A stretch of 64,000 nucleotides of DNA from a virus (lineage: Duplodnaviria; Caudoviricetes): IMG/VR virus record IMGVR_UViG_3300027708_000013; one strand, written 5' to 3'. Position 1 is the first letter of the stretch, and every line of letters starts with the position of its first letter. The translations under genes were made by a program, and so were the position numbers. The notes under the pieces were generated by a model. It saw only the letters and a list, made by a program, of their open reading frames with translations. It was not told the origin of the DNA and ran no database searches. Below, piece by piece: positions 1 through 8,938 of this stretch.

Positions 1-102
1 TTTAAAATAATTCAATGCTGTTATGATGCCAAAAGAAATTGTACCGCCCAACACCATTAGACCTGTTATTTGAACAGTGGCTCTAACTATATATTTGTTC
101 AT
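1..102 (-). CDS. small membrane protein, runs off window start
   Basis: ATG at 102 after AAGGAG and the promoter at 136-164; MNKYIVRATVQITGLMVLGG is hydrophobic. Confidence 0.6.
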   Translation of the reverse strand, partial: MNKYIVRATVQITGLMVLGGTISFGIITALNYFK

Positions 103-135
103 TTTTGACTCCTTTAAATTATTTAACATACTACT

Positions 136-164
136 ATTATACTGTGATAGTGTTTTCTGGTCAA
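136..164 (-). promoter_or_regulatory. sigma70-type early promoter (repeat family)
   Basis: TTGACC-17 nt-TATAAT. Confidence 0.85.
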
Positions 165-412
165 CCATTTTTCCTCAATCTATCAATAGCTCGCATCACC
201 ACACCATCGTCGGTTTCGTAAAACAGTCTCGATTCCAAGGCCACACCCATGGCACCTGCTTCATCATCTATGATTCTTCGCACAGCGGGAAAATGGTTTA
301 TCAAGGCCTGTCCCAATCTATAGTCGGGTGTTTGTAATTTTTGCCAAGTGTAGATTTGGAAAAACTCTTCCCATTCGGCTTCGGTGATGGTGCCGGGTAT
401 CCAAGTGCTCAT
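161..412 (-). CDS. hypothetical protein
   Basis: 83-aa ORF, stop/start overlap with the upstream gene. Confidence 0.7.
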   Translation of the reverse strand: MSTWIPGTITEAEWEEFFQIYTWQKLQTPDYRLGQALINHFPAVRRIIDDEAGAMGVALESRLFYETDDGVVMRAIDRLRKNG

Positions 413-672
413 TCAGTGTCCTGGTTCAAAATATGCGAATACTTCAGTAGAAAAAATGTATGCTGTGCTTCATCGTAAAAATCCAACATGATTGGGGTTT
501 CATAATATTGATGCAAATCTCGGTAATCTCGGTGCACACGAGTTGTAAATCCCAAATCTCTTCGCATGCAGGCACGTATCAACAACACACTGGGTGGATG
601 GTTCTCCGCTATATTCTGCCGGATTTTTTGCCACTGGCTGTGGGTTAGTTCTATGGGTAGACTCAACTCCAC
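409..672 (-). CDS. small FxL(R/K)W-family hypothetical protein
   Basis: C-terminal FYDEAQHTFFLLKYS resembles neighbouring paralogs. Confidence 0.7.
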   Translation of the reverse strand: MELSLPIELTHSQWQKIRQNIAENHPPSVLLIRACMRRDLGFTTRVHRDYRDLHQYYETPIMLDFYDEAQHTFFLLKYSHILNQDTE

Positions 673-890
673 CTCAGGGCAAATAATGTGGCTCGTTTTG
701 AACAGTCAAATTCCCACCGGGTGGAATATGTGATGTTACGCCAATGTGAACGATTGCCAAACTGTTTCCGACACCAATCAACAATTTCCTGGTGTTCGGC
801 AACTCTCTCGTTCCAAGTTTGACCCCGCCATGTATGTTCAACAACATAACGCACCTGTCTTCGATTCCGTCTGCGTTGATGACTGTTCAT
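663..890 (-). CDS. small FxLRW-family hypothetical protein
   Basis: Ends ATLFALRWS; likely ATG (MNSHQ) overlaps the upstream TGA. Confidence 0.75.
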   Translation of the reverse strand: MNSHQRRRNRRQVRYVVEHTWRGQTWNERVAEHQEIVDWCRKQFGNRSHWRNITYSTRWEFDCSKRATLFALRWS

Positions 891-1177
891 GATGACCACC
901 TCAATACGAACATGGTGTACAACTGTTCGTCTAGGATATAAACATGGTTATCAACGAAGTATCCTACTTGACGCCACGACCCCGGTGGGTGTTGTTCAAT
1001 CCACCGGGTAATTTCTTCATCTCGGTATCTCACTCTAACCGCACGGGATTCACCCCGATATGGTCCCAATACAAATCTAGGCCCTGTTTTCTCTAAGACT
1101 TTCTCTAAAACTTCCCGATCAATGTCATTTTTCATTTGTTTTGCCATTGCATTGATTATCGCATCTTCTGTAATCAT
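887..1177 (-). CDS. small FxLRW-family hypothetical protein
   Basis: Ends YTMFVLRWSS; ATGA overlap with the upstream gene. Confidence 0.75.
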   Translation of the reverse strand: MITEDAIINAMAKQMKNDIDREVLEKVLEKTGPRFVLGPYRGESRAVRVRYRDEEITRWIEQHPPGSWRQVGYFVDNHVYILDEQLYTMFVLRWSS

Positions 1178-1392
1178 AGCCACCTCAATCTAAATAGTGT
1201 TGCATCTTCGGCTCGAGCAAAACAGTAAAAAATAGCATAGGGATCATCCTCCAGCCATTCTCGTTTCCAACAACCTTTTGGATTATCCATAGGATCCCAC
1301 GGTTCTCCAAAAATTTCTCTGCACCAGTGCCTTGCCTGTACCCACAGACTGTGCCGGTTGGTTTCTAGTCTTATAGCATGTTGCATCGTCAT
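1174..1392 (-). CDS. small FxLRW-family hypothetical protein
   Basis: Ends EDATLFRLRWL; ATGA overlap with the upstream remnant. Confidence 0.75.
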   Translation of the reverse strand: MTMQHAIRLETNRHSLWVQARHWCREIFGEPWDPMDNPKGCWKREWLEDDPYAIFYCFARAEDATLFRLRWL

Positions 1393-1466
1393 AGCCACCT
1401 CAATCTAAACATGGTGGCATCTGTGTCTGACAACACTGTAACATACCATTCCGATAGTGGATTTTT
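1389..1466 (-). pseudogene. stranded 3' fragment of an FxLRW-family gene
   Basis: Reads KNPLSEWYVTVLSDTDATMFRLRWL* in frame after the TGA of 1467..2201; has no in-frame start. Confidence 0.6.
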
Positions 1467-2201
1467 TCATATTTTTATATTAATGTAATTATTATTAGTA
1501 TAGTTTAGTATCATTTCTTGCTTGCTCAACAACCAGTCTTTCATTTCCAATGAATCAAATTTTTCGTATACGAGAAACGGTGCGGGGTTTTCTTTTGTGA
1601 TTTCTAAAAAAGCCAGTTGCCAAATTCTAAAAAACTTTTGATTAACATTGATACTAAAATTAAATTTCAAGCAAGTACGTTTATAAGTTGCCAAGAGTTC
1701 TAAAAATCTTTCAAAAGTTATATAATTTTGTTTTTGATTATGCTCTAAGAAGTTACAAATAACTTGCCATGCTGTTTCAGGAGAATAAAATAAATCTTTC
1801 CAGTCAATTTGAAATTTGCCCGGACAATGATATCCCTGTATAAACCTAGACTGTATAAGCAACCACTGGAAGTCGTCCCAAGGATCCGTATACTTTTCGT
1901 ACGGGCATACTACTAATCTTTTTCCGTTGACTCTTTGATAACTCAACTCAAACAAAACTCTTTTATGTACATAAAGTTTCCAAAAATTATATTTGTAGTT
2001 GCCATTGCCGATCGATAATACAGAATCATCGGTATCAACATGATGAAAGGTTTCTATTAATGGCCTGTGCTGAGAGTAGGGGCGGTGAAAATTGGTGTTG
2101 TATTCTTTCCAGGTGGCATTTGGGACAATACAATATTCTAATAAATGACCTAACCATTCTCCGCCTGCTCCATGAGCATATGATACCTTGATCACAGCCA
2201 C
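1467..2201 (-). CDS. P-loop sulfotransferase-like protein
   Basis: N-terminal SYAHGAGGEWL resembles the PAPS-binding loop; AT-rich relative to its flanks. Confidence 0.4.
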   Translation of the reverse strand: MAVIKVSYAHGAGGEWLGHLLEYCIVPNATWKEYNTNFHRPYSQHRPLIETFHHVDTDDSVLSIGNGNYKYNFWKLYVHKRVLFELSYQRVNGKRLVVCPYEKYTDPWDDFQWLLIQSRFIQGYHCPGKFQIDWKDLFYSPETAWQVICNFLEHNQKQNYITFERFLELLATYKRTCLKFNFSINVNQKFFRIWQLAFLEITKENPAPFLVYEKFDSLEMKDWLLSKQEMILNYTNNNYINIKI

Positions 2202-2449
2202 CTCAATCTAAACATGGTTAACATGGTGGCATCTGTGTCCGATTCAAAATAAAACACCGCCACTCTATCGTAATTGTTTTCGACGAACATCCGTGGTTCC
2301 ATGATTTCGGCCCAGACCAAGCCCGAGCCCGAATCCCAACACCAAGTTTTCATTTCCCGCATGCTGGCCTTGGAATTTGTCAGAGTGACACAATGACAAC
2401 GATCCAGTACTGAATCCTTGGGGCGGAAATTATATGTGTTGTTGTGCAT
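2192..2449 (-). CDS. small FxLRW-family hypothetical protein
   Basis: Ends FESDTDATMLTMFRLRWL. Confidence 0.75.
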   Translation of the reverse strand: MHNNTYNFRPKDSVLDRCHCVTLTNSKASMREMKTWCWDSGSGLVWAEIMEPRMFVENNYDRVAVFYFESDTDATMLTMFRLRWL

Positions 2450-2693
2450 GTGTGCTGTATTTTAACCTATAGTAAGTCAGTGCTTCGCCTTCAAGTTCAG
2501 CGTAGATGCGTATGACAAACCCCATGGTCATGGCACTTGCATCGCAGTAAAATGTCAACTGTTCTGTACTGTGTGTTTTAACATAGTGGGCTTCCTCTGT
2601 GCGTTCCCATTCGGATATGGGACCTGCTGCATACAGGTAAGGATCTTCACAGTCACCCATGGCGATTTCTTTAACCAAGATGCCCCTACTCAT
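2430..2693 (-). CDS. small hypothetical protein (FxLKW-like end)
   Basis: MGDCEDPYLYAA N-terminus; ends YYRLKYS. Confidence 0.7.
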   Translation of the reverse strand: MSRGILVKEIAMGDCEDPYLYAAGPISEWERTEEAHYVKTHSTEQLTFYCDASAMTMGFVIRIYAELEGEALTYYRLKYSTHAQQHI

Positions 2694-2944
2694 CGATTGA
2701 TCAATCCACCAGCAAACGCCACAGTGACTTCCTCGTCTGTTAATCTACGCCCGGCAGTTTTGAGTTGAAACATGAGTGCATCCTGCTCGTCAGGAAAGTG
2801 GAAATTCATATAATTCTCTGTGGGAGTGTAGGCCCATTTATCACCGTTCAAGCCATAAGTTTCCAATGTCCAAGTCAACAACTCGTTCCAAGCTTCGCCG
2901 TGACCATAAGTATTATGCCAAGGCACTTGTATGGTTATAGCCAT
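2690..2944 (-). CDS. small FxLK-family hypothetical protein
   Basis: FHFPDEQDALMFQLK motif. Confidence 0.7.
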   Translation of the reverse strand: MAITIQVPWHNTYGHGEAWNELLTWTLETYGLNGDKWAYTPTENYMNFHFPDEQDALMFQLKTAGRRLTDEEVTVAFAGGLINR

Positions 2945-3131
2945 CTCAGTCCAAACATTATGGCTGCTGATTCAGTGGGCAAGGAAAAAGTGTATCGAGT
3001 ATTGGGCCATTGATTTTGCCATGCCCAATTGCTGTGATAATGAGTGTTGCACCATTCAATAATGGCATATATGTTTCTGTTTCGACAATCCAAGGTTATA
3101 TCGGTCATGTCTTATTATAATACAAAATCAA

Positions 3132-3503
3132 TTACCGGTCTGTTGTTTTTAGTATATTCCACATCTTGCGTTTTTCCAAAAACTCCTGTTCACGCTGTTG
3201 GTACAGTTTGCCCAATTCTTCAAGTTCCGCAAATTCTTGTTCCAATTGGGGATTTCGAGTCAAGCGTCCCGGAATCAACAGGGCCGATTCGATGGCTCGG
3301 ATAGACGCCGTGACACTGACATCATTGATTCGAACATCGGCCCGGGGTCCACGGAGATCCAAACGTCCTGATCCCTCCTGATTACTCAGCTCACAGTGGT
3401 CGTTGAGCTGGGTTGACCCCCAAGCGCCGGTGGTGATTGCAGTGGGATTGGACACAGTTATGTTTCCGTAGGTGTAAGTGGGATTGTTGAATGTCATTGC
3501 CAT
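3132..3503 (-). CDS. hypothetical protein
   Basis: ATG 6 nt below a TATACT box; coiled-coil-like C-terminus. Confidence 0.65.
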   Translation of the reverse strand: MAMTFNNPTYTYGNITVSNPTAITTGAWGSTQLNDHCELSNQEGSGRLDLRGPRADVRINDVSVTASIRAIESALLIPGRLTRNPQLEQEFAELEELGKLYQQREQEFLEKRKMWNILKTTDR

Positions 3504-3509
3504 AGCACA

Positions 3510-3539
3510 AGTATACACAACTGCTGTACACTATGTCAA
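3510..3539 (-). promoter_or_regulatory. sigma70-type promoter, probably leaderless
   Basis: TTGACA-18-TATACT-6-ATG. Confidence 0.65.
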
Positions 3540-3547
3540 TACTGATG

Positions 3548-3916
3548 TTACCAAGTGTAGAATCTCGGTGTGACCAGTAGCCAACCTATGTTGTCAAAAT
3601 CCGCAATGATTTCAGCTGTGACAAAACTTTCTTCTACAAATCCACAAAAATCCGTACCTTTGAATCCTGTGCCCGAACAGTACCAATTTATGTAACTGTT
3701 GTCATCGCGAATATCCGCCACCAGGTCCGCAGCATAACGCCAATTGCAATTCCAGGTGAGATTTTTAAGAATAGCCCACATGTCCTTGGGGGCAAAGTTG
3801 TTGTTACAAAGTGCAGCATACAAATTTTGAGCATAGATTTCTTGATCGCGTACCTTGTGTAACAACCACTCGGTACTGCGTATATCGCGTTCTAAGTTAA
3901 ACACTTGTCGAGGCAT
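3548..3916 (-). CDS. hypothetical protein
   Basis: 122-aa ORF; GTAAATA late-like box 4 nt above the ATG. Confidence 0.7.
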   Translation of the reverse strand: MPRQVFNLERDIRSTEWLLHKVRDQEIYAQNLYAALCNNNFAPKDMWAILKNLTWNCNWRYAADLVADIRDDNSYINWYCSGTGFKGTDFCGFVEESFVTAEIIADFDNIGWLLVTPRFYTW

Positions 3917-3987
3917 ACTGTATTTACTTTTATTTTTTAAAAGTCAAATTTGATAAATATTTATAATTACACACAATGGAGTTTTAA

Positions 3988-4413
3988 ATGACAAGTTTAA
4001 CTATAGCAATCACAAGAACTGCTAAACAAGCAGGAACATCAACACCTGATCAATTGATGCAGAACCCAACAGCAGAAATGTTAGCAACACTTCCCACATA
4101 CGGACATGATATCAACGCTGTATTAAGTCAATCTCAAATGGTACTTGCAAGACATGAATTTCTTGTTTCTAGTGTTTTTAAAATACCAGAAAATGGTACT
4201 ACTGAAACCACTGTAGATGGTGTCAAAGTTGTAACAACAACGTTTACAGTAGAAGACGTCAGCACTGTTCCTGGCTTGACTGCGGATAATGCTTATGACA
4301 TGTGTATCAGTACCCGACAAGCAGAAGCTGAATCACTTGGCCTTGGAGATTACTATGATTGGAGACAGAAATATTTTGATGATCATTTTATTACAACTCA
4401 CTCAACAACATAA
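3988..4413 (+). CDS. hypothetical protein, paralog of 4425..4847
   Basis: Shared DNAYDMCISTRQ and WRQKYFDD motifs; GGAG SD and ATAAATA box at 3953-3959. Confidence 0.8.
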   Translation: MTSLTIAITRTAKQAGTSTPDQLMQNPTAEMLATLPTYGHDINAVLSQSQMVLARHEFLVSSVFKIPENGTTETTVDGVKVVTTTFTVEDVSTVPGLTADNAYDMCISTRQAEAESLGLGDYYDWRQKYFDDHFITTHSTT

Positions 4414-4424
4414 AGGAGCTCTAA

Positions 4425-4847
4425 ATGACATCAATGAACATATTAGTTACAAGAACTGCTAAAGAAGTAGACCAGATTAACCCAAATCTTAGTTTGGATA
4501 ATGTCAATTTATCATCAATACCTTCATATGGATATGATCTTGCCAAAGTGATAGATCAACAAAAAATGTGGTCAGTGAGAGATCAGCTAAATTCTGCCAG
4601 TGTTTTTAAAGTGGCTGACTATGGTACTGATACCATTAATAATGAAGGAAAACATGTATTTACATTGACTTACGCCGTAAACGATATCTCAGCTGTGCCG
4701 GGTCTAACTGTGGATAACGCTTATGACATGTGTATCAGTACCAGACAAACCCAGGCCGAGGCATTAGGTGTAGGTGATTTCCAGGGATGGAGGCAAAAGT
4801 ATTTTGATGATCAGTTTACCACCACAGTGGTAGTAACTACCAATTGA
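4425..4847 (+). CDS. hypothetical protein, paralog of 3988..4413
   Basis: Same motifs; AAGGAG SD. Confidence 0.8.
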   Translation: MTSMNILVTRTAKEVDQINPNLSLDNVNLSSIPSYGYDLAKVIDQQKMWSVRDQLNSASVFKVADYGTDTINNEGKHVFTLTYAVNDISAVPGLTVDNAYDMCISTRQTQAEALGVGDFQGWRQKYFDDQFTTTVVVTTN

Positions 4848-4865
4848 TACATCAAGTTTCAAACA

Positions 4866-4889
4866 AAAAGCCCACCGAGGTGGGCTTTT
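4866..4889. terminator. bidirectional intrinsic terminator
   Basis: AAAAGCCCAC-CGAG-GTGGGCTTTT between convergent genes. Confidence 0.85.
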
Positions 4890-4909
4890 CAACAACGGTA
4901 AAATCTAGA

Positions 4910-5194
4910 TCAAACTAAACCTGCTGCCATGGCACGATATGCTGCGGCAACCATTTTACGGCTTGCTTCACCATAACGATACTCAGTTACATGAACACCG
5001 TTGCCAGCCACACGTGGGTTTGCATAGATAGCATAACCACGGTTACGAATAACTGAAATAGTAGCAGTTGGGTTTTTAATACCAAAACGCTTGGCAATAG
5101 CAGACTCGCTCAATGTTTCACGGTCAAGAACCAATGCTTTGAACAACTTACCCTGTTTTGTTTCTAGGTCAAATCTTTTTAAATTAACAGACAT
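4910..5194 (-). CDS. putative winged-helix DNA-binding protein
   Basis: LSESAIAKRFGIKNPTATISVIRNRG resembles an HTH; AGGAG SD. Confidence 0.5.
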   Translation of the reverse strand: MSVNLKRFDLETKQGKLFKALVLDRETLSESAIAKRFGIKNPTATISVIRNRGYAIYANPRVAGNGVHVTEYRYGEASRKMVAAAYRAMAAGLV

Positions 5195-5276
5195 TTATTT
5201 CTCCTTTTAAGTTTGCTTGATTTCTCAATGCATGATGTTATTATGCACTAACTTATGGTGGATTACAACCTTCAGT

Positions 5277-5588
5277 TTAACCAATTGTATTGTGTTTGCT
5301 CAAAATCTCAATATCAGTTACATTCATTACACGAAAACTGCGCCATTCGTTGTTGTCCAAACAGAACACACTTAGGGTTTCTGGTTTGTACAACCGTGTG
5401 GTTTGATGTTCTTCTGTGACCACACGTGCCGGCATGGCTTCTGTACGCAAAGTGCAAGGCATGGTTCTCACTGATCCATCTATCTTGGTAAAAGTCACTG
5501 CACAATCGTATTCGGTGAGTACTGAACGCAGGTATCTATTTCTGCCATCCACATCTAATAATGCTAAAAACGTTTCTGTTTCTGTCAT
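5277..5588 (-). CDS. WYL_2/DUF2693-like Sm-fold protein
   Basis: VTFTKIDGSVRTMPCTL and NEWRSFR motifs. Confidence 0.7.
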   Translation of the reverse strand: MTETETFLALLDVDGRNRYLRSVLTEYDCAVTFTKIDGSVRTMPCTLRTEAMPARVVTEEHQTTRLYKPETLSVFCLDNNEWRSFRVMNVTDIEILSKHNTIG

Positions 5589-5589
5589 G

Positions 5590-6198
5590 TCATTCCCTTA
5601 TCAATATTGTTCCGTAGTCAGGATTGGCCCGAGTTGTTAAGATTCGATATCCTGAATTTAATAAAAAAGGCACCACTGCCGCCGACTTTCCAAAGAACTG
5701 TGCCCAGCTGGGTTCGTACCAAGTGTCGTCACACACAACCATGCTGTATCTGGCCATTTTGGGCAAGGCCAACATGATCTGTGCCAGGTGTGCTCGTTGA
5801 CTGTTGACATTGGTCATTTCCAGTCCCAGAGCTTGATATCTTGCTTGTTGCTCAAGTACAAAATCCTCGGTACGGTCTGGATGCCAGTCCCAATCAAAAT
5901 TATCCAAGTATAAAAAACTTATTTGATCGTTGATGTTGGCGAAATCATTTGCCAAATACGCTTCTCCGGTTTTATTCACCACCTCAACATTTTCCAATCC
6001 CCAAGACTGTACCAAAGCACAATTGATGGGATCTATGTCCACTGTGGTCAACCCGCCGGTGGAGCTGTATCGGTGAGCCCATTCGGCGATGATCTTTGTA
6101 CTGCCATCATCGCCGTTGCGGCTGGTGCCTATTTCAATATAACGACCGGGTGTCAAAGAATACAGATGTTGTTCGGCCTCTAAGAACACTCTGCCCAT
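5590..6198 (-). CDS. class I SAM-dependent methyltransferase-like protein
   Basis: YIEIGT, TVDID, FLYLD and VVCDD motifs. Confidence 0.6.
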   Translation of the reverse strand: MGRVFLEAEQHLYSLTPGRYIEIGTSRNGDDGSTKIIAEWAHRYSSTGGLTTVDIDPINCALVQSWGLENVEVVNKTGEAYLANDFANINDQISFLYLDNFDWDWHPDRTEDFVLEQQARYQALGLEMTNVNSQRAHLAQIMLALPKMARYSMVVCDDTWYEPSWAQFFGKSAAVVPFLLNSGYRILTTRANPDYGTILIRE

Positions 6199-6366
6199 CA
6201 GTTGGAGCTCTCTTTTCTGTTGCCCTTGGTTCTGTTTCTGAGATTGGCGGACACTGCCTGTGCCAGGCTCTTGTAATGACTTCTCAACAAGGCTCGGTCA
6301 GTGACGCGACTCACTGTTAATTTATCTTCTTTGGTTAATAGCACTGCTCTTGGATCGTATGCCATG

Positions 6367-6552
6367 TTAATTTCCTTTTCTTTGTCTACATTGTTGTTGT
6401 ACTTCTACTGGTATGTCTGGATGCCACCCACCTATCAGCATGCCGCAATTGTATTGTACTGTAACTGTGTTAAGCTCTGCAAGGCGTATGAGCACAATAA
6501 AAACAATCATGATGCCTGCCACCAAAGCAGAAATAGATAACAATAGTTTCAT
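6367..6552 (-). CDS. small membrane protein
   Basis: N-terminal hydrophobic helix; ATGA overlap. Confidence 0.55.
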   Translation of the reverse strand: MKLLLSISALVAGIMIVFIVLIRLAELNTVTVQYNCGMLIGGWHPDIPVEVQQQCRQRKGN

Positions 6553-6995
6553 CGTGAGTTCTCTGCAAGTTGTTTATATCCACGTGCAGAGGGATGAACA
6601 CCATCAGCACTGACTTCGGGAATGGGTAGCACAGTGTCTCCATACTCCTGTGCAATTTTTCGCACTGTGGCCTGTACATCGGGCTTGATAGCTGGCAAGA
6701 TCCAATACACTCGTTCTGCTTTGGACATTACTCTAACAGTACGCAACTCTGCTTCTGTTTTAATGCCTGCATAGTCATTGCTACCAAGACTGATGATTAT
6801 CGTTCGGGCACGGTAAGGACTGCTGGTGATGTTGCGATTGACCCAGTCTCTACTGTTGATACCACTACGAGCAATCACACTACATTCCGGTCTTGCTTGC
6901 TGTGTGCCCACTGCTATACTATCACCTACAATTAAACATTCTAACATGTTATTGATCCTCATCTCCATTAATTCCATCACTGCCGTATGTAGCAA
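6549..6995 (-). CDS. SGNH/GDSL hydrolase
   Basis: GDS block I, GxND block III, DGVHP block V; real start may be internal. Confidence 0.85.
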   Translation of the reverse strand: MLHTAVMELMEMRINNMLECLIVGDSIAVGTQQARPECSVIARSGINSRDWVNRNITSSPYRARTIIISLGSNDYAGIKTEAELRTVRVMSKAERVYWILPAIKPDVQATVRKIAQEYGDTVLPIPEVSADGVHPSARGYKQLAENSR

Positions 6996-7055
6996 CTAGA
7001 TATAAAATTAATAGTGCTATGCCAATGATTGTGGCTATCACCTGTTGTTCAATAC

Positions 7056-8366
7056 TCATATCTTTTCTCCAATGTCAAATCCACGGAATCCTTTGAATCT
7101 CGGAAACCTCAAACTGAACGATCCGTCTTGATTTTGCGTAACAGCATCTGCACGTACTTCCACAATATTACCGATAAGGTTATCCCGACCGGCCCAATAA
7201 GCAATGCGATCAGCATCTGTAAGTCCGCTTCCGACATTTGTGCTAATAAGTCTACCATCATCTACTCCTTCTACAATTAATGCACCCAGTCGGCCTAGAT
7301 TCTTACCTGTGCCTTCTTCGGTACCCGTCACTGTTAATGATACTTCAATGTACGGCTTGAGTTTAAGCCAAGCCACTGTGCGTTTGCATTGATATCCTGC
7401 CGCAGGGTCTTTGATCATGATGCCTTCGTAACCGCCTGCCACTGCTGATCTATTGATTTCACGAAAGCGAAGTTGTCCTTGCTCGGTGTCTAAATCCACT
7501 AGTTCCTGTGCCAACGCTGTGACATTGGGCATGTGATCCGCAATGGGTTCAATCCACGCACGAAGTTGATTACTGCGTTGATGCTGAGTGCGAACACTGG
7601 CTCCTGACAGAAATTCTTTCAATGTCAGTATATCAAACAGATTCAATACTGCATCTGCACTTTCAATATTGCTTTTGCGATGTACTTGACGCATGAGGTC
7701 TTGGAAGCTCGAACTCATTACTTCACCATCCAACACCATAGGTTCACGAAATAACTTGGCGTGACGTGCAATTTGTTGGCAAATGTGTGGGAAGTTTACC
7801 AGTTCCTTGCCATTACGGCTATACTGATTAACAACCCCGTCTGGATAAACAATAGAGATAACTCTAACGCCGTCCAATTTAACTTCCACGAGCTTTTGGC
7901 CCGAAACCTTTGATTCGTGATTACTGCTATCATGAGCAAGTTGACAACTGAACACAGGGATAATATAATCGACATACGTTTTCTCCACAACAGAATTGAT
8001 TGTTTTTTCACTTACACCACAGCGTAAGTCCTTGATTAAAATTCTACGGTACCACTGATTCCACTCCTGTTCAGTGGCCTTGAGTCTCATGTGATTCACT
8101 GCTGTGATTGCGGCATTGCCAGTCAATCTACGTTGAGATAAATCTTGTGCTGTTTTCCAAAACACATCTGCATTGAGACCTGGACCTGAATCAGACTTGG
8201 TTTCTACCTTTCGAATACCATAAGTGATCATGCTGTCCAGTGCCGCACGGGCTCCACGAAAGAATTCTGTGTTGCCGGCTTTGGCTTCACGTGCCACAAC
8301 AGATTCTTTAAACAAGCGACTGTTATCGCTTTCTAATTCCCCAACAACTTCCCACGGTTTTAACAT
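7056..8366 (-). CDS. ATP-dependent DNA ligase
   Basis: EVKLDGVR adenylation motif, VLDGE, EGIMIK, WLKLK, LRFPRF; AGGAG SD before the ATG at 8366. Confidence 0.95.
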   Translation of the reverse strand: MLKPWEVVGELESDNSRLFKESVVAREAKAGNTEFFRGARAALDSMITYGIRKVETKSDSGPGLNADVFWKTAQDLSQRRLTGNAAITAVNHMRLKATEQEWNQWYRRILIKDLRCGVSEKTINSVVEKTYVDYIIPVFSCQLAHDSSNHESKVSGQKLVEVKLDGVRVISIVYPDGVVNQYSRNGKELVNFPHICQQIARHAKLFREPMVLDGEVMSSSFQDLMRQVHRKSNIESADAVLNLFDILTLKEFLSGASVRTQHQRSNQLRAWIEPIADHMPNVTALAQELVDLDTEQGQLRFREINRSAVAGGYEGIMIKDPAAGYQCKRTVAWLKLKPYIEVSLTVTGTEEGTGKNLGRLGALIVEGVDDGRLISTNVGSGLTDADRIAYWAGRDNLIGNIVEVRADAVTQNQDGSFSLRFPRFKGFRGFDIGEKI

Positions 8367-8395
8367 TTCGGCTCCTAACATTTCACTATACAACT

Positions 8396-8424
8396 ATTAT
8401 AGCATGACTTGAATTCTGGGTCAA
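8396..8424 (-). promoter_or_regulatory. sigma70-type early promoter (repeat family)
   Basis: TTGACC-17-TATAAT. Confidence 0.85.
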
Positions 8425-8612
8425 CTGTTATTGACCACTGCCTGCACCAGATTTTTAATGCGTAGTTCACGATACCGGCCAATGCGTTCTTCCAACTCCA
8501 TGGCATGACCACGATAGTGTGTCACCAGGTCTTCGGCTAAATCGTCCAGCTCTGACTCGGTTAAATCGGCTATGGTTTCTGCTAGGCCAATAATTTTTAT
8601 ATCATTGCACAT
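8421..8612 (-). CDS. hypothetical protein
   Basis: 63-aa ORF in operon context. Confidence 0.55.
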   Translation of the reverse strand: MCNDIKIIGLAETIADLTESELDDLAEDLVTHYRGHAMELEERIGRYRELRIKNLVQAVVNNS

Positions 8613-8635
8613 TGTCGTCCTTGCTGTATTTTATG

Positions 8636-8938
8636 TTAATTACCAAGTACTGCCCAGATTGCAGTCTGCTCTAAGTCTGTTTCAAACTCGGGATATATTC
8701 TATCCAATTCTGTTGTGGGTATCTCAGCGTATCCTTTCTTTTGCTTGGCTCTGATCGAATTGTTTATTTGATATGCTTCACCACTGAATGGTTTGGTTTG
8801 CAATTTCTTACCACGCCTGCCCCAAACAGTCGCATAGTTTCCAGCATCTGCCCCGTGCTTGGGTGTTCGCAAACAAATAACTGCCCAAATTTTGTCATGG
8901 TTATCTTCGCGACACCATCCAATCCATTTGTAATTCAT
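8636..8938 (-). CDS. WGR-domain-like protein
   Basis: DKIW...TVWGRRG...Q...K pattern. Confidence 0.6.
   Translation of the reverse strand: MNYKWIGWCREDNHDKIWAVICLRTPKHGADAGNYATVWGRRGKKLQTKPFSGEAYQINNSIRAKQKKGYAEIPTTELDRIYPEFETDLEQTAIWAVLGN

Larger units (their letters stand above)
1389..2239. repeat. direct repeat pair (1389-1427 and 2192-2239) with a third partial copy at 1174-1194
   Basis: tca(t/c)agccacctcaatctaaacatggt...ggcatctgtgtc; the 2192 copy carries an internal 9-nt duplication. Confidence 0.85.

Noticed and set aside
1174-2239. LRW gene-end repeats as a DGR template/variable pair
   Set aside because: Identity spans only 21-39 nt, differences are not restricted to adenines, and no reverse transcriptase is in the window.
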